A stretch of 64,000 nucleotides of DNA from an uncultured Parachlamydiaceae bacterium (GTDB lineage Bacteria; Chlamydiota; Chlamydiia; Chlamydiales; Parachlamydiaceae). The notes under the pieces were generated by a model, which was given only the letters and a program-made list of their open reading frames with translations, was not told where the DNA came from and ran no database searches. Shown here piece by piece: positions 30,805 to 38,537 of this stretch (positions within the stretch are counted from its first letter, which is position 1; the number at the start of each line of letters is the position of its first letter). The position numbers and the translations under genes were made by a program. The DNA is taken from assembly GCA_963742415.1 (NCBI GenBank), contig CAVULX010000003.1, positions 96,001 through 160,000 on the forward strand, read 5' to 3'.

Positions 30805-31371
30805 ATGTTTTCATCAAAAACGTTGCTTTTATCTTTGCTTCTATTTTCTAGTTGCAGCCTCATGCGTACGATCCAAGAAAGCACAAACGCAATTGAGCGG
30901 AATAAAGAGGTGATTGAAGCAACAACTGGTGTAATATGGAATAATTATGATGCCGTCCAAGCTAGCACGCGCGTAATTGAATCAAACAAAAATGCCGTGG
31001 CAGATAGCACCCACGTCATTCAAAACAACATGAATTTAATTGCCCAAAGCAATCACGCCATCGCCGATAACGAAGCTTTGGTGTCTAAAAGCAATGAAGC
31101 CATTGCGGAGAATTTCTCTTTAATCAACAAAGCTAATCAAGCCATAGCGAATAATGGCACTGTGGTTGCTCATAGTACCGATCTAATCCAAAAAAATGGG
31201 GAGGCCGTTGAACAAGCCACCCTCATGCTCACTAAACTTAAGCCCGACAGTGGAGTAGCAGCTCTTGGGCTGGCCATCCTTTTATTGCTTATCTTCGCCC
31301 CTTCAATTTTGATGGTGATCTTTATGTGGAAGATCCATGCCGGCTTAAAAGAACTGAATCGAAAAAAATAA
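30805..31371 (+). CDS. lipoprotein with Asn-rich heptad coiled coil and C-terminal TM helix
   Basis: LLLFSSC lipobox-like signal; repeated IxxNxxxI/VxxS units; hydrophobic tail followed by KELNRKK. Confidence 0.75.
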   Translation: MFSSKTLLLSLLLFSSCSLMRTIQESTNAIERNKEVIEATTGVIWNNYDAVQASTRVIESNKNAVADSTHVIQNNMNLIAQSNHAIADNEALVSKSNEAIAENFSLINKANQAIANNGTVVAHSTDLIQKNGEAVEQATLMLTKLKPDSGVAALGLAILLLLIFAPSILMVIFMWKIHAGLKELNRKK

Positions 31372-31373
31372 TT

Positions 31374-32528
31374 TCAAAGATTTATTCTTTTTAGGATTTC
31401 TTTTGCCGTTTTGGTTGAACCGGATAGATCTATATTAAGGGTAGGATAAGGAGCTTCTAGCGCAGCCTTTATAGCATCAGAAAGCTTAATGGGATGGAGT
31501 TCACCCCTTTCTAAAATTTTTATAGCCCCCCTTTCAGCTAGCTTTTTTACCCGCAAAACATGTTCGACATGGGCATAGGGATAAATGAGCGCGCGGGTTT
31601 GTGTGCTGATAGCCTCTATCACGGTGGATCCCCCTAAGCTAACAGATAGCATGCTTTCCTCTAATAAAGAGGAAAAATCCGTACGAAACTGTTCGAGGGT
31701 GCAATTTTTCAGGTTCAGGGCAGTTATCGTTTCTTTGATGTCCGCTAAAACTACCGGCAATGTTTTGGGACCTAGAACAAGCCTAAACTGCCAATCTGGC
31801 AAAAAAAATGCCGCAAGAGTAACGGCAAAAGGCAATTCCCCTCCATAAGCTCCCCCTCCATTGCTGACAATGATTTGCTTTTTCCTCTCTTTTTTCAAAT
31901 TGAACATCTGCGAGGGGTCTGTCACATAACCTGTATAGACTATTTTATTGGCAATCGAAGGGGCGAGGGAAAATGAATCATCCAAGCGAGTGATGGAGGG
32001 ATCTGCATGGACAAAAACACAGTCAAAGAGGGTGTTGACTTTTTCGACCACATATTTTTCCTCCTCCAAATCTTTCCTCCCTGCAATGTCTCGCGCAGAA
32101 CAAACAATAAGGCAATGGGGTTGTTTTTTCTTCACTTCGCGGATGATCAGCTCGATCTCTTTTTCAAACATCCATTTGGAGAAAGGGTAGAGTTCGATGA
32201 TGACAAAATCATATTCTTGCTTGTCAAGGAGCGTTAATATATATCTTTTTCGTTCTTCAAATACTTCGTATAAAGACTTTTTTCCTTCGGGATCCACAAT
32301 TTGGGGGGGAACCGTCCACTCTTGGATCCATAAGGGGGGTAAATGATGCAGATAAAATCTGGGAAGGGATAGAGATGTGATGAGCTTTGGCGATCCTAAT
32401 AAAAAGTCGACATCGAAAGATTGGACGAGGCTTTTACAGATATTGAAACTACGAACTAGCTGACCTACCCCCAGGAGAGGTTGACTATAAAAAAGGCCTC
32501 TATTTGAATGGTAATTTTCAGCCTGCAT
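31374..32528 (-). CDS. GT-B glycosyltransferase (GT28 C-terminal-like)
   Basis: LLGVGQLVRS, IELYPF, YTGYV, IVSNGGGAYG, SVSLGG. Confidence 0.8.
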   Translation of the reverse strand: MQAENYHSNRGLFYSQPLLGVGQLVRSFNICKSLVQSFDVDFLLGSPKLITSLSLPRFYLHHLPPLWIQEWTVPPQIVDPEGKKSLYEVFEERKRYILTLLDKQEYDFVIIELYPFSKWMFEKEIELIIREVKKKQPHCLIVCSARDIAGRKDLEEEKYVVEKVNTLFDCVFVHADPSITRLDDSFSLAPSIANKIVYTGYVTDPSQMFNLKKERKKQIIVSNGGGAYGGELPFAVTLAAFFLPDWQFRLVLGPKTLPVVLADIKETITALNLKNCTLEQFRTDFSSLLEESMLSVSLGGSTVIEAISTQTRALIYPYAHVEHVLRVKKLAERGAIKILERGELHPIKLSDAIKAALEAPYPTLNIDLSGSTKTAKEILKRINL

Positions 32529-32597
32529 GTTTTGGAATATGATGAAAAATCAATAAAAATTCAATAGCCAGTAAAAGTATTTAAAGCATTGTTGAAT

Positions 32598-32684
32598 CGG
32601 AAGAGGAGGGATTCGAACCCCCGTTACCATCGCTGGTAAATCTGTTTTCGAAACAGACGCATTCGGCCACTCTGCCACTCTTCC
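32598..32684 (-). tRNA. tRNA-Ser(CGA)
   Basis: GGAAGAG acceptor stem, anticodon arm TCTGT-TTCGAAA-ACAGA, long variable arm, GGTTCGAATCC; CCA not encoded. Confidence 0.95.
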
Positions 32685-32821
32685 ATGTAGAATATAGAGA
32701 GGCAATTCTATAGGGAAAAACCCTAATTTTTCCACAAAATTCGTTGATTTTCACTTTGCGTTAACAATAAAAAATATTCTACTAATGCGATCTCATTTCT
32801 CAAAACTGCTGTCTCCTGTGC

Positions 32822-34162
32822 TTATCCAGCCTTAAGTTGGATGGCTTTACAGGAGAATGCATCAAACATTTCTGAAAACTCATTCATTTCTAGATCTGAC
32901 TCTACAGCCTTAGGATCTTTTCTACTGATGGAACAGTCTAGCCAATAATTTACTTCTTTCCATTTTTTTGTCGCGGCATGAAAATGTTCACCTTTACCCA
33001 AGAGCTGAGCAACTGCATTGGTGGGTGGAATATAAAAAACACACCTATTTAACATTTCAAAAGGAACAGTTATGACAAATGCTTTTGAGTTTTCCTTTAG
33101 CATGTAATAAAAAGCAGTTGCACCAGGATCATAAACACAACCTGCATAAAGTCCGGTTCCATAGGATAGACGATGACTTTCATTCTCGTTTTTGGTGCAG
33201 AAGATACTGTCGTCACCTGATGCTCCTCTATATAGAAGAAAAGAAGTCTTAGCAACTTCACTACATTCTACAGCTAAAGCATTCAATAAAATTTGGGCAT
33301 CAGACTGACTTCTGATTCCCATAAACCAACTAGCTTCAGGACTTAAATTCAATGTTAAACTTTCACCATTTCCATCATTAAAAAATTGTTTATACACATC
33401 TGCGCTTGTATCGTAAAATTCGTGTAAATAGTTTATTTCATTTATTACTTTCTGTTGTAGTTCAAGAAATGTAAATCCTTCAGGTGTTGGTTTAAGCGTT
33501 TTAACAATGGCATTATTTAGTCTATAAGAATAATTTCTTATACATTCGTCTTGGTTGTCTCTTATACATTCGCCTTGGTTGTTGCGTTCATCTGTAAAAC
33601 ATTTAAGATGCCAACACTTGCGCGCTGCTGTGATGTATTTAATTTCTTCTTCTTTCTCTGGATATTTATTAATTGTTTTTTGTGCACTTTTGAAAGCAAA
33701 ATCGCACCTGTTTCCTTCTCGAATATCTTCGTTAATACATTTTCTAATAAAAATAAGTTCGTATAGAATACGAGGTATGAAACCAATTTCCAAATTTTGA
33801 TTAATCGTTTTTACTTTATCACGCATGAGATGAAACCTATTATTTGCTGTGTCGAAAATGTTTTCATTTGAAGAAGCAGAATTGACTATTCTTGGCAGGG
33901 AATACCTGTCAAAAATTTGATAAACGGTTTCATAAGTATCTTTTGAAACTTTTGATCCCGTTAAGTCAAATACATAATATTCACCATAACCTATAGTGAT
34001 CGTGCCTTTAGGGATGGAAACTTGTTTATCTAAAAAATTTATTAAATAATGTTGACTAGTGTCTATAGGGGTACTCAACAATGAAAATGTGGGAATAAAA
34101 GAAAATACTAAGATAACAATCAAATTAGATAAAATCATAAACAATGAATTTTTATATAACAT
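32822..34162 (-). CDS. exported hypothetical protein
   Basis: 446-aa ORF with N-terminal hydrophobic segment; AT-rich. Confidence 0.75.
   Translation of the reverse strand: MLYKNSLFMILSNLIVILVFSFIPTFSLLSTPIDTSQHYLINFLDKQVSIPKGTITIGYGEYYVFDLTGSKVSKDTYETVYQIFDRYSLPRIVNSASSNENIFDTANNRFHLMRDKVKTINQNLEIGFIPRILYELIFIRKCINEDIREGNRCDFAFKSAQKTINKYPEKEEEIKYITAARKCWHLKCFTDERNNQGECIRDNQDECIRNYSYRLNNAIVKTLKPTPEGFTFLELQQKVINEINYLHEFYDTSADVYKQFFNDGNGESLTLNLSPEASWFMGIRSQSDAQILLNALAVECSEVAKTSFLLYRGASGDDSIFCTKNENESHRLSYGTGLYAGCVYDPGATAFYYMLKENSKAFVITVPFEMLNRCVFYIPPTNAVAQLLGKGEHFHAATKKWKEVNYWLDCSISRKDPKAVESDLEMNEFSEMFDAFSCKAIQLKAG
33536..33582. repeat. 24-nt-period in-frame tandem duplication
   Basis: TCTTATACATTCG(T/C)CTTGGTTGT twice; encodes NQGECIRD/NQDECIRN. 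Confidence 0.85.
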
Positions 34163-34239
34163 TTTAAATCATTTATTTAATGATATAGTATATTTTTTTA
34201 TCGAAAATTTCAATACAAATAATTTTCTGCTCTTTTAAT

Positions 34240-34384
34240 ATTAAGTTGAGTAAAAGTAAGTTACTAAAATTTATCTGCTAGTTGTCGATTAACAACAAAT
34301 TGTTGTGCTGTAAATTTGCTTGTGATATTGTCCAGTGAAGTCACCCTGTAAAGAACATCTGATAGCAGAATCGTTTATATTCAT
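34240..34384 (-). pseudogene. decayed immunity-gene remnant
   Basis: ATG overlaps the orphan toxin stop (TAATG); MNINDSAIRCSLQ resembles SAIRCALE of the 38236 paralog; frameshifted afterwards; 3' limit approximate. Confidence 0.55.
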
Positions 34385-34518
34385 TACCAAATCTCCGATT
34401 TTGGATGAGCAGGAATAATATGTGCTCCATCCTTTGAATAATGAATTTTGCCTTTTGTCGTCGGGAGATTCAGCGGATTGGTTTTGTCTTTCCAAATTCC
34501 AATATGTTCTCCGCATTC
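34384..34518 (-). pseudogene. orphan Ntox50-like toxin C-terminal fragment
   Basis: Manual translation ECGEHIGIWKDKTNPLNLPTTKGKIHYSKDGAHIIPAHPKSEIW* aligns with the toxin tip DFGEFIGYYVNQQNPGVKLPTTKGTIRYSKKGAHIIPSHPEGK*. Confidence 0.85.
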
Positions 34519-34634
34519 AAGTAACTTAATAGAAACATTCGTTGCAGCACTTTCAGTTTCATGATTAATTGTTAAATGAGGGATAAAGTAGTTATAGACT
34601 TTCGAACCTTCATAACAGTCCTCAGATTTAAAAT

Positions 34635-35318
34635 TTACGAGGACCTAAACGCGCGTGTTGTTATTTTTTTCAAACGCCAAAAATTCTGTATACTCTCTAT
34701 TTGCAATCCTTCTTCCCAAGCAAATTGTTCAATAGCAATTCTTACTGTAGGCCAAGACCAATCATCCCCGCATAAAATGCCACTTTCTCGAACTAAAGGA
34801 TACCAAGCTTTAAGATCCTGAACTACAGCTTCTGTGGTATGCTCAGCATCGATGTATACTAAATCAGGCTTGACCTCTTTTAAATATTCTGCAGCCTCCA
34901 AACTCGTCATTCTGCAAGGAATGACGGTATGTTGAAATCCCCAATGGATCATATTTGAGCGGAAATGATCATATGCTTGATGCAACTGAGGTTGATAATG
35001 CACATTTCCTGGTTGTTGTGTGGAACTGCCAAACCAAGTGTCTACAGCATATAAAGTGCCTTGTTTCATCTGCAATAGCTCGGCAAAATGTTTAGTAGAT
35101 CCTCCCCCCATCCAACTCCCCACTTCTACTACAACCTGAATTTCATTCTCAGAAAATAGCTTTTCTATATAAGGAGCATTGCTGTAATAGCCAAAATCAA
35201 ATACCGGCAAAAGATAGGTATCGGCATAAGGATCTAGTTCTTGACACACACCACAGGCAAAACTGCACAAGTAAATCATATAACAACTTCCGATATAGCA
35301 AACTCGGTTCACCTGCAT
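34635..35318 (-). CDS. class I SAM methyltransferase (Methyltransf_24-like) with signal-like N-terminus
   Basis: VEVGSWMG, YAVDTW, DLVYIDAEH, GILCGDDW; start at ATG 35318. Confidence 0.85.
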   Translation of the reverse strand: MQVNRVCYIGSCYMIYLCSFACGVCQELDPYADTYLLPVFDFGYYSNAPYIEKLFSENEIQVVVEVGSWMGGGSTKHFAELLQMKQGTLYAVDTWFGSSTQQPGNVHYQPQLHQAYDHFRSNMIHWGFQHTVIPCRMTSLEAAEYLKEVKPDLVYIDAEHTTEAVVQDLKAWYPLVRESGILCGDDWSWPTVRIAIEQFAWEEGLQIESIQNFWRLKKITTRAFRSS

Positions 35319-36031
35319 TCTCCCTTTTCGATAACAGCGATTAAAAGTCCATTCCACCAATGCTCTCTTTCAATCGTATCGCTAAAAATCTCTTTGGCAA
35401 AATGCACGCGATATCCAAGTTCTTTAAAAGCCTCTCGTGTTCCATCTTGAACCTGTGACCAATTCCAATCATCAACCACGGCAACAAATACATCATCGAA
35501 CACGTCGTCAAAATAAGTAAAAGCCATTTTTTGGTCTAAGAACTCATGCCTGCCATCATAGAAATAAAAAGAAATGGGCATTTTAAACACATCCTGCTTC
35601 GAAATAGCAAAGCAATCCTGCTCATAAAACCGAAGAGGTGCATTGGGAATTTCTTTAGCACAGTTTCTTTGAAATTCTTGTTTAGGTCCTCCAAATTCAG
35701 ACCAATTGTCGATAGCAACTGCATCTGCTAGTTCTGTATTTTGATACAAGGCAGCAATTAATGTTGAGCCGTAGAAACACCCGACTTCCAAGTAACAACC
35801 ATTAGGCCACTTTGTAAGATAATATAGAAAATGCTTCACTTTATGGCCTGAATATCCTGGCAGGTCCAAGATTCTTTGAGGCAAATCAAAATTGCAGGTC
35901 TCCGCTTTTTCTAAACTATCTTTCACATGACAAACTAAAGCGTTTACCTTGGCTTGACGGACCTGTATAGCATCGTCTCTGGCATAAGCACTGCAGGCTC
36001 CTATCAAGAGTATTGCAATTACGCTGCGCAT
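35309..36031 (-). CDS. class I SAM methyltransferase (Methyltransf_24-like) with signal peptide
   Basis: YLEVGCFYGST, AIDNW, YFYDGRH, VVDDWNW; MRSVIAILLIGACSAYA signal. Confidence 0.85.
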   Translation of the reverse strand: MRSVIAILLIGACSAYARDDAIQVRQAKVNALVCHVKDSLEKAETCNFDLPQRILDLPGYSGHKVKHFLYYLTKWPNGCYLEVGCFYGSTLIAALYQNTELADAVAIDNWSEFGGPKQEFQRNCAKEIPNAPLRFYEQDCFAISKQDVFKMPISFYFYDGRHEFLDQKMAFTYFDDVFDDVFVAVVDDWNWSQVQDGTREAFKELGYRVHFAKEIFSDTIEREHWWNGLLIAVIEKGECR

Positions 36032-36075
36032 TGAAACTCCTTTTTATTACACCAACTTTTCAATATTTCAATAAT

Positions 36076-37011
36076 TTACAAAAATCCAGACCCTCGATTT
36101 TTTTTTTGTGTAGCACGAATTTTATCGAACCAGTAAGGAGCATATAGTTTTTCTAAAGCAAATTTTTTTCCTCGAAATTCTTCTAATTTGCTCTCAAGCA
36201 AATCCCTCGTTACCTCTTCCCAATCCTCAACAATCACGACAGGAAGCTCCTCATATAAAGGATTAAGAAAAGAGCTTTTAACAATAGGATAACAGTCCAT
36301 AAGCAATGCTTCCCAAGTTCGAAAGGTATCTACCCCAGCTCCTGGAGGGCAAACAACAAACTTCGAACGGCTCATATCATCCCAAAAATTTACCTGTCGA
36401 TCTCCGCCTTCTTCTATAGGAACAAACCAAAACGTAGTAAAGGACTGCTGTTTAAAATAGTTCCAACAAGGCTCTCTTTCTTTTTGATTAGAGCTCAGGC
36501 GAAAATTAGCGAACACGTAAATGATTTTTTCGATATCTCTAGCTTGCTCGACATAGTTTGAAAAGAGCTCTATATCTCCATGTGCATGGATTTTATTGCA
36601 AATCCCAATAGGAATGGGCAGAATTCTTTCTGTAGCTGGCCGATCTAGATGAAGAACAAACCAACATCCTATCTTTTCCGATTCTGCAAGACTCTCATAC
36701 ATTCCAGGAAGAGCGATATCCGAATCGAACTCACAATAAGGGGTTAAAAGCACTACAGGAAAGGCTATTCTTGACAAATACTCTCTTTCAAAGGCAGACA
36801 AATAATTATGCTCTACAAAAATAATATCCCCCAGTTGAACTTCTTCTGGCGGAAAATACTCTTCTGTAGAAAGATGCCAGTCCGCAAAAAACCGAAATGT
36901 ATCACCAGAAAGGTAAGGATAACTGGATTCTCTTTGAAGAGGGCTTCCTTCTGCCTGAACCGCTCCCGATAAAAGCACTATGCATAAAACAAACAATGCT
37001 TGGACAAACAT
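36076..37011 (-). CDS. exostosin/GT47-like glycosyltransferase with signal peptide
   Basis: PIPIG, SKFVVCPPGAGVDTFRTWEALLMDCYPIV, LYEELPVVIVEDW. Confidence 0.75.
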   Translation of the reverse strand: MFVQALFVLCIVLLSGAVQAEGSPLQRESSYPYLSGDTFRFFADWHLSTEEYFPPEEVQLGDIIFVEHNYLSAFEREYLSRIAFPVVLLTPYCEFDSDIALPGMYESLAESEKIGCWFVLHLDRPATERILPIPIGICNKIHAHGDIELFSNYVEQARDIEKIIYVFANFRLSSNQKEREPCWNYFKQQSFTTFWFVPIEEGGDRQVNFWDDMSRSKFVVCPPGAGVDTFRTWEALLMDCYPIVKSSFLNPLYEELPVVIVEDWEEVTRDLLESKLEEFRGKKFALEKLYAPYWFDKIRATQKKNRGSGFL

Positions 37012-37230
37012 ATGTGATATTAGACCATTTAGGCTAACTTTTTACGAATTTTATATAAGTAAAAAATTTATTGTCTAGTATTTTTCCACAGGAAAGTGGC
37101 TTGGCAGTATTTCTTCGGGTAACAGAGATTTCAACGGTAATCCAATTATAATAAACGAGGAAGTACAAAACTTTCATTGATTTTATGCACCAAATAATCT
37201 AAAATTAGAAAGAGGACAAAGGAAACTGAA

Positions 37231-37461
37231 ATGCCATTCAAGCCGCTACCGATTCCGATTTTCGAAAAATATATCAAAACCGCAGGGTGGCAATTGGAAA
37301 AAGGCAAAATCGATTGGAACCTATACAACCAAAACGGCGATTTCGTGTGTTCGATTATCATATCGCATGGCAAAAGAACAAAGTCCGAAATTACGGCGTA
37401 TAGCATTAACAAAACAAAAAAAGCATTTGAGGAAAGAGGATTACATGGCCTCCAAAGCTGA
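37231..37461 (+). CDS. HicA-like small basic protein (putative toxin)
   Basis: 76 aa with HicA-like pattern (AGWQLEKG...IISHG...EI..YSINK); overlaps downstream antitoxin-like gene. Confidence 0.5.
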   Translation: MPFKPLPIPIFEKYIKTAGWQLEKGKIDWNLYNQNGDFVCSIIISHGKRTKSEITAYSINKTKKAFEERGLHGLQS

Positions 37462-37852
37462 AATCAAAAAAGAAGTAAAGATTGCTTTATCAGAGATAGG
37501 GACGATCACCCCTTGGTTTGACAAAGAATTTAATGCATGGATTTATTCAAATCCATTGTACCCAGTCGAATGCGAAGGGAAAAGTTCTGAGGACGTAATA
37601 AAGAAATACCCTAAGTATTTAGAAGTTTTCATTGAACATCGTTTGAAAGGAAAGCTGGATGATCTCAATGAAAAGAAAACTAAGGGGAAGGGTGGAGCAC
37701 GCCCTGGGGCGGGTAGACCAAAAGGAAGCACCAAAGAACCAACAAAACAAATTCGTGTCCCTTTAGACATCGCTGCTTGGTTAAATCATCCTGGTATTGT
37801 AGAGCACATTAGGCAAATGATTAAAGCCTATCCAGTGTATTCACGCCAATAA
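37445..37852 (+). CDS. HicB-like antitoxin with C-terminal DNA-binding segment
   Basis: CEGKSSEDVI (HicB-like GxTxEE), GGARPGAGRPKG...TKQIRVP; GAGGA RBS before ATG 37445. Confidence 0.55.
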   Translation: MASKAEIKKEVKIALSEIGTITPWFDKEFNAWIYSNPLYPVECEGKSSEDVIKKYPKYLEVFIEHRLKGKLDDLNEKKTKGKGGARPGAGRPKGSTKEPTKQIRVPLDIAAWLNHPGIVEHIRQMIKAYPVYSRQ

Positions 37853-37952
37853 TCATAAGAGAGCTCGATAGCAAGCCATTCTAAAAAGTTGCTGAGCAAA
37901 AAGATTCGCTGTAGTCTACGAGGCTGCAATAAAGTCGCACATCGCTTCGTTA

Positions 37953-38236
37953 TTAGAATCTTTCGTATCTCTGAAAAACCCTTGATCCACATTGTGGAAT
38001 TGGTTGATTAAGCGACAATACCTCACGGATCACATGAACGGACAGACTAAAAAAATCGGACATAACCTCGGATGCTATTATTTCAGAAAGTTCGATTTCT
38101 TCTTCCGAAGGAGGTTTGTCATAATAAAAATAAAGTTCAACGGCTTTCTTTTATATCAGTATTTAAGCTCTTAAATTGGAGTAACACTACCTAAAAGAGC
38201 GACCTCTAGGGCACATCTTATTGCAGATATTGTTAT
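37953..38236 (-). pseudogene. second immunity-protein paralog, decayed
   Basis: Manual translation ITISAIRCALEVALLGSVTP/NLRA*..*KKAVELYFYYDKPPSEEEIELSEIIASEVMSDF...RVFQRYERF*, colinear with 38239-38526. Confidence 0.85.
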
Positions 38237-38238
38237 AG

Positions 38239-38526
38239 TTATTTTTCAAAACGAGAATATATTAAATAGCCCTCAAAAGTTATTTTTTCTGGGTATTTTA
38301 TTACAAAACGCTTACAAGATATTAAAAAAGGATCTGAGAAATCTGCTATCACTTCTGTTGCCGCATCCTCTGATAAGTCTATTTCTTCTTCCGAAGGCTC
38401 TTTATCGTAATAAAAATGTAAAGAAATGCCATGATCTTTTTCTTGTACAGATACTTTTCTAAGATTTGGAGTAACAACTCCCCATAAAGCTCGCATAGCA
38501 GATAAACGCAAACTTTCTATGTTCAT
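38239..38526 (-). CDS. cognate immunity protein of the Ntox50-like toxin
   Basis: 95 aa, 11 bp downstream of toxin with GAGGA RBS; RALWGVVTPNLRKV...FYYD...EVIADF. Confidence 0.8.
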   Translation of the reverse strand: MNIESLRLSAMRALWGVVTPNLRKVSVQEKDHGISLHFYYDKEPSEEEIDLSEDAATEVIADFSDPFLISCKRFVIKYPEKITFEGYLIYSRFEK

Positions 38527-38537
38527 GATATTCCTCT

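Noticed and set aside
32550-32735. 61-aa ORF (likewise 42230-42439 and 42304-42486)
   Set aside because: These overlap tRNA genes.
34289-34516. 75-aa ORF as a real gene
   Set aside because: It is an off-frame reading of the orphan toxin tip running into the immunity remnant.
37992-38174. 60-aa plus-strand ORF
   Set aside because: Antisense shadow of the immunity pseudogene.
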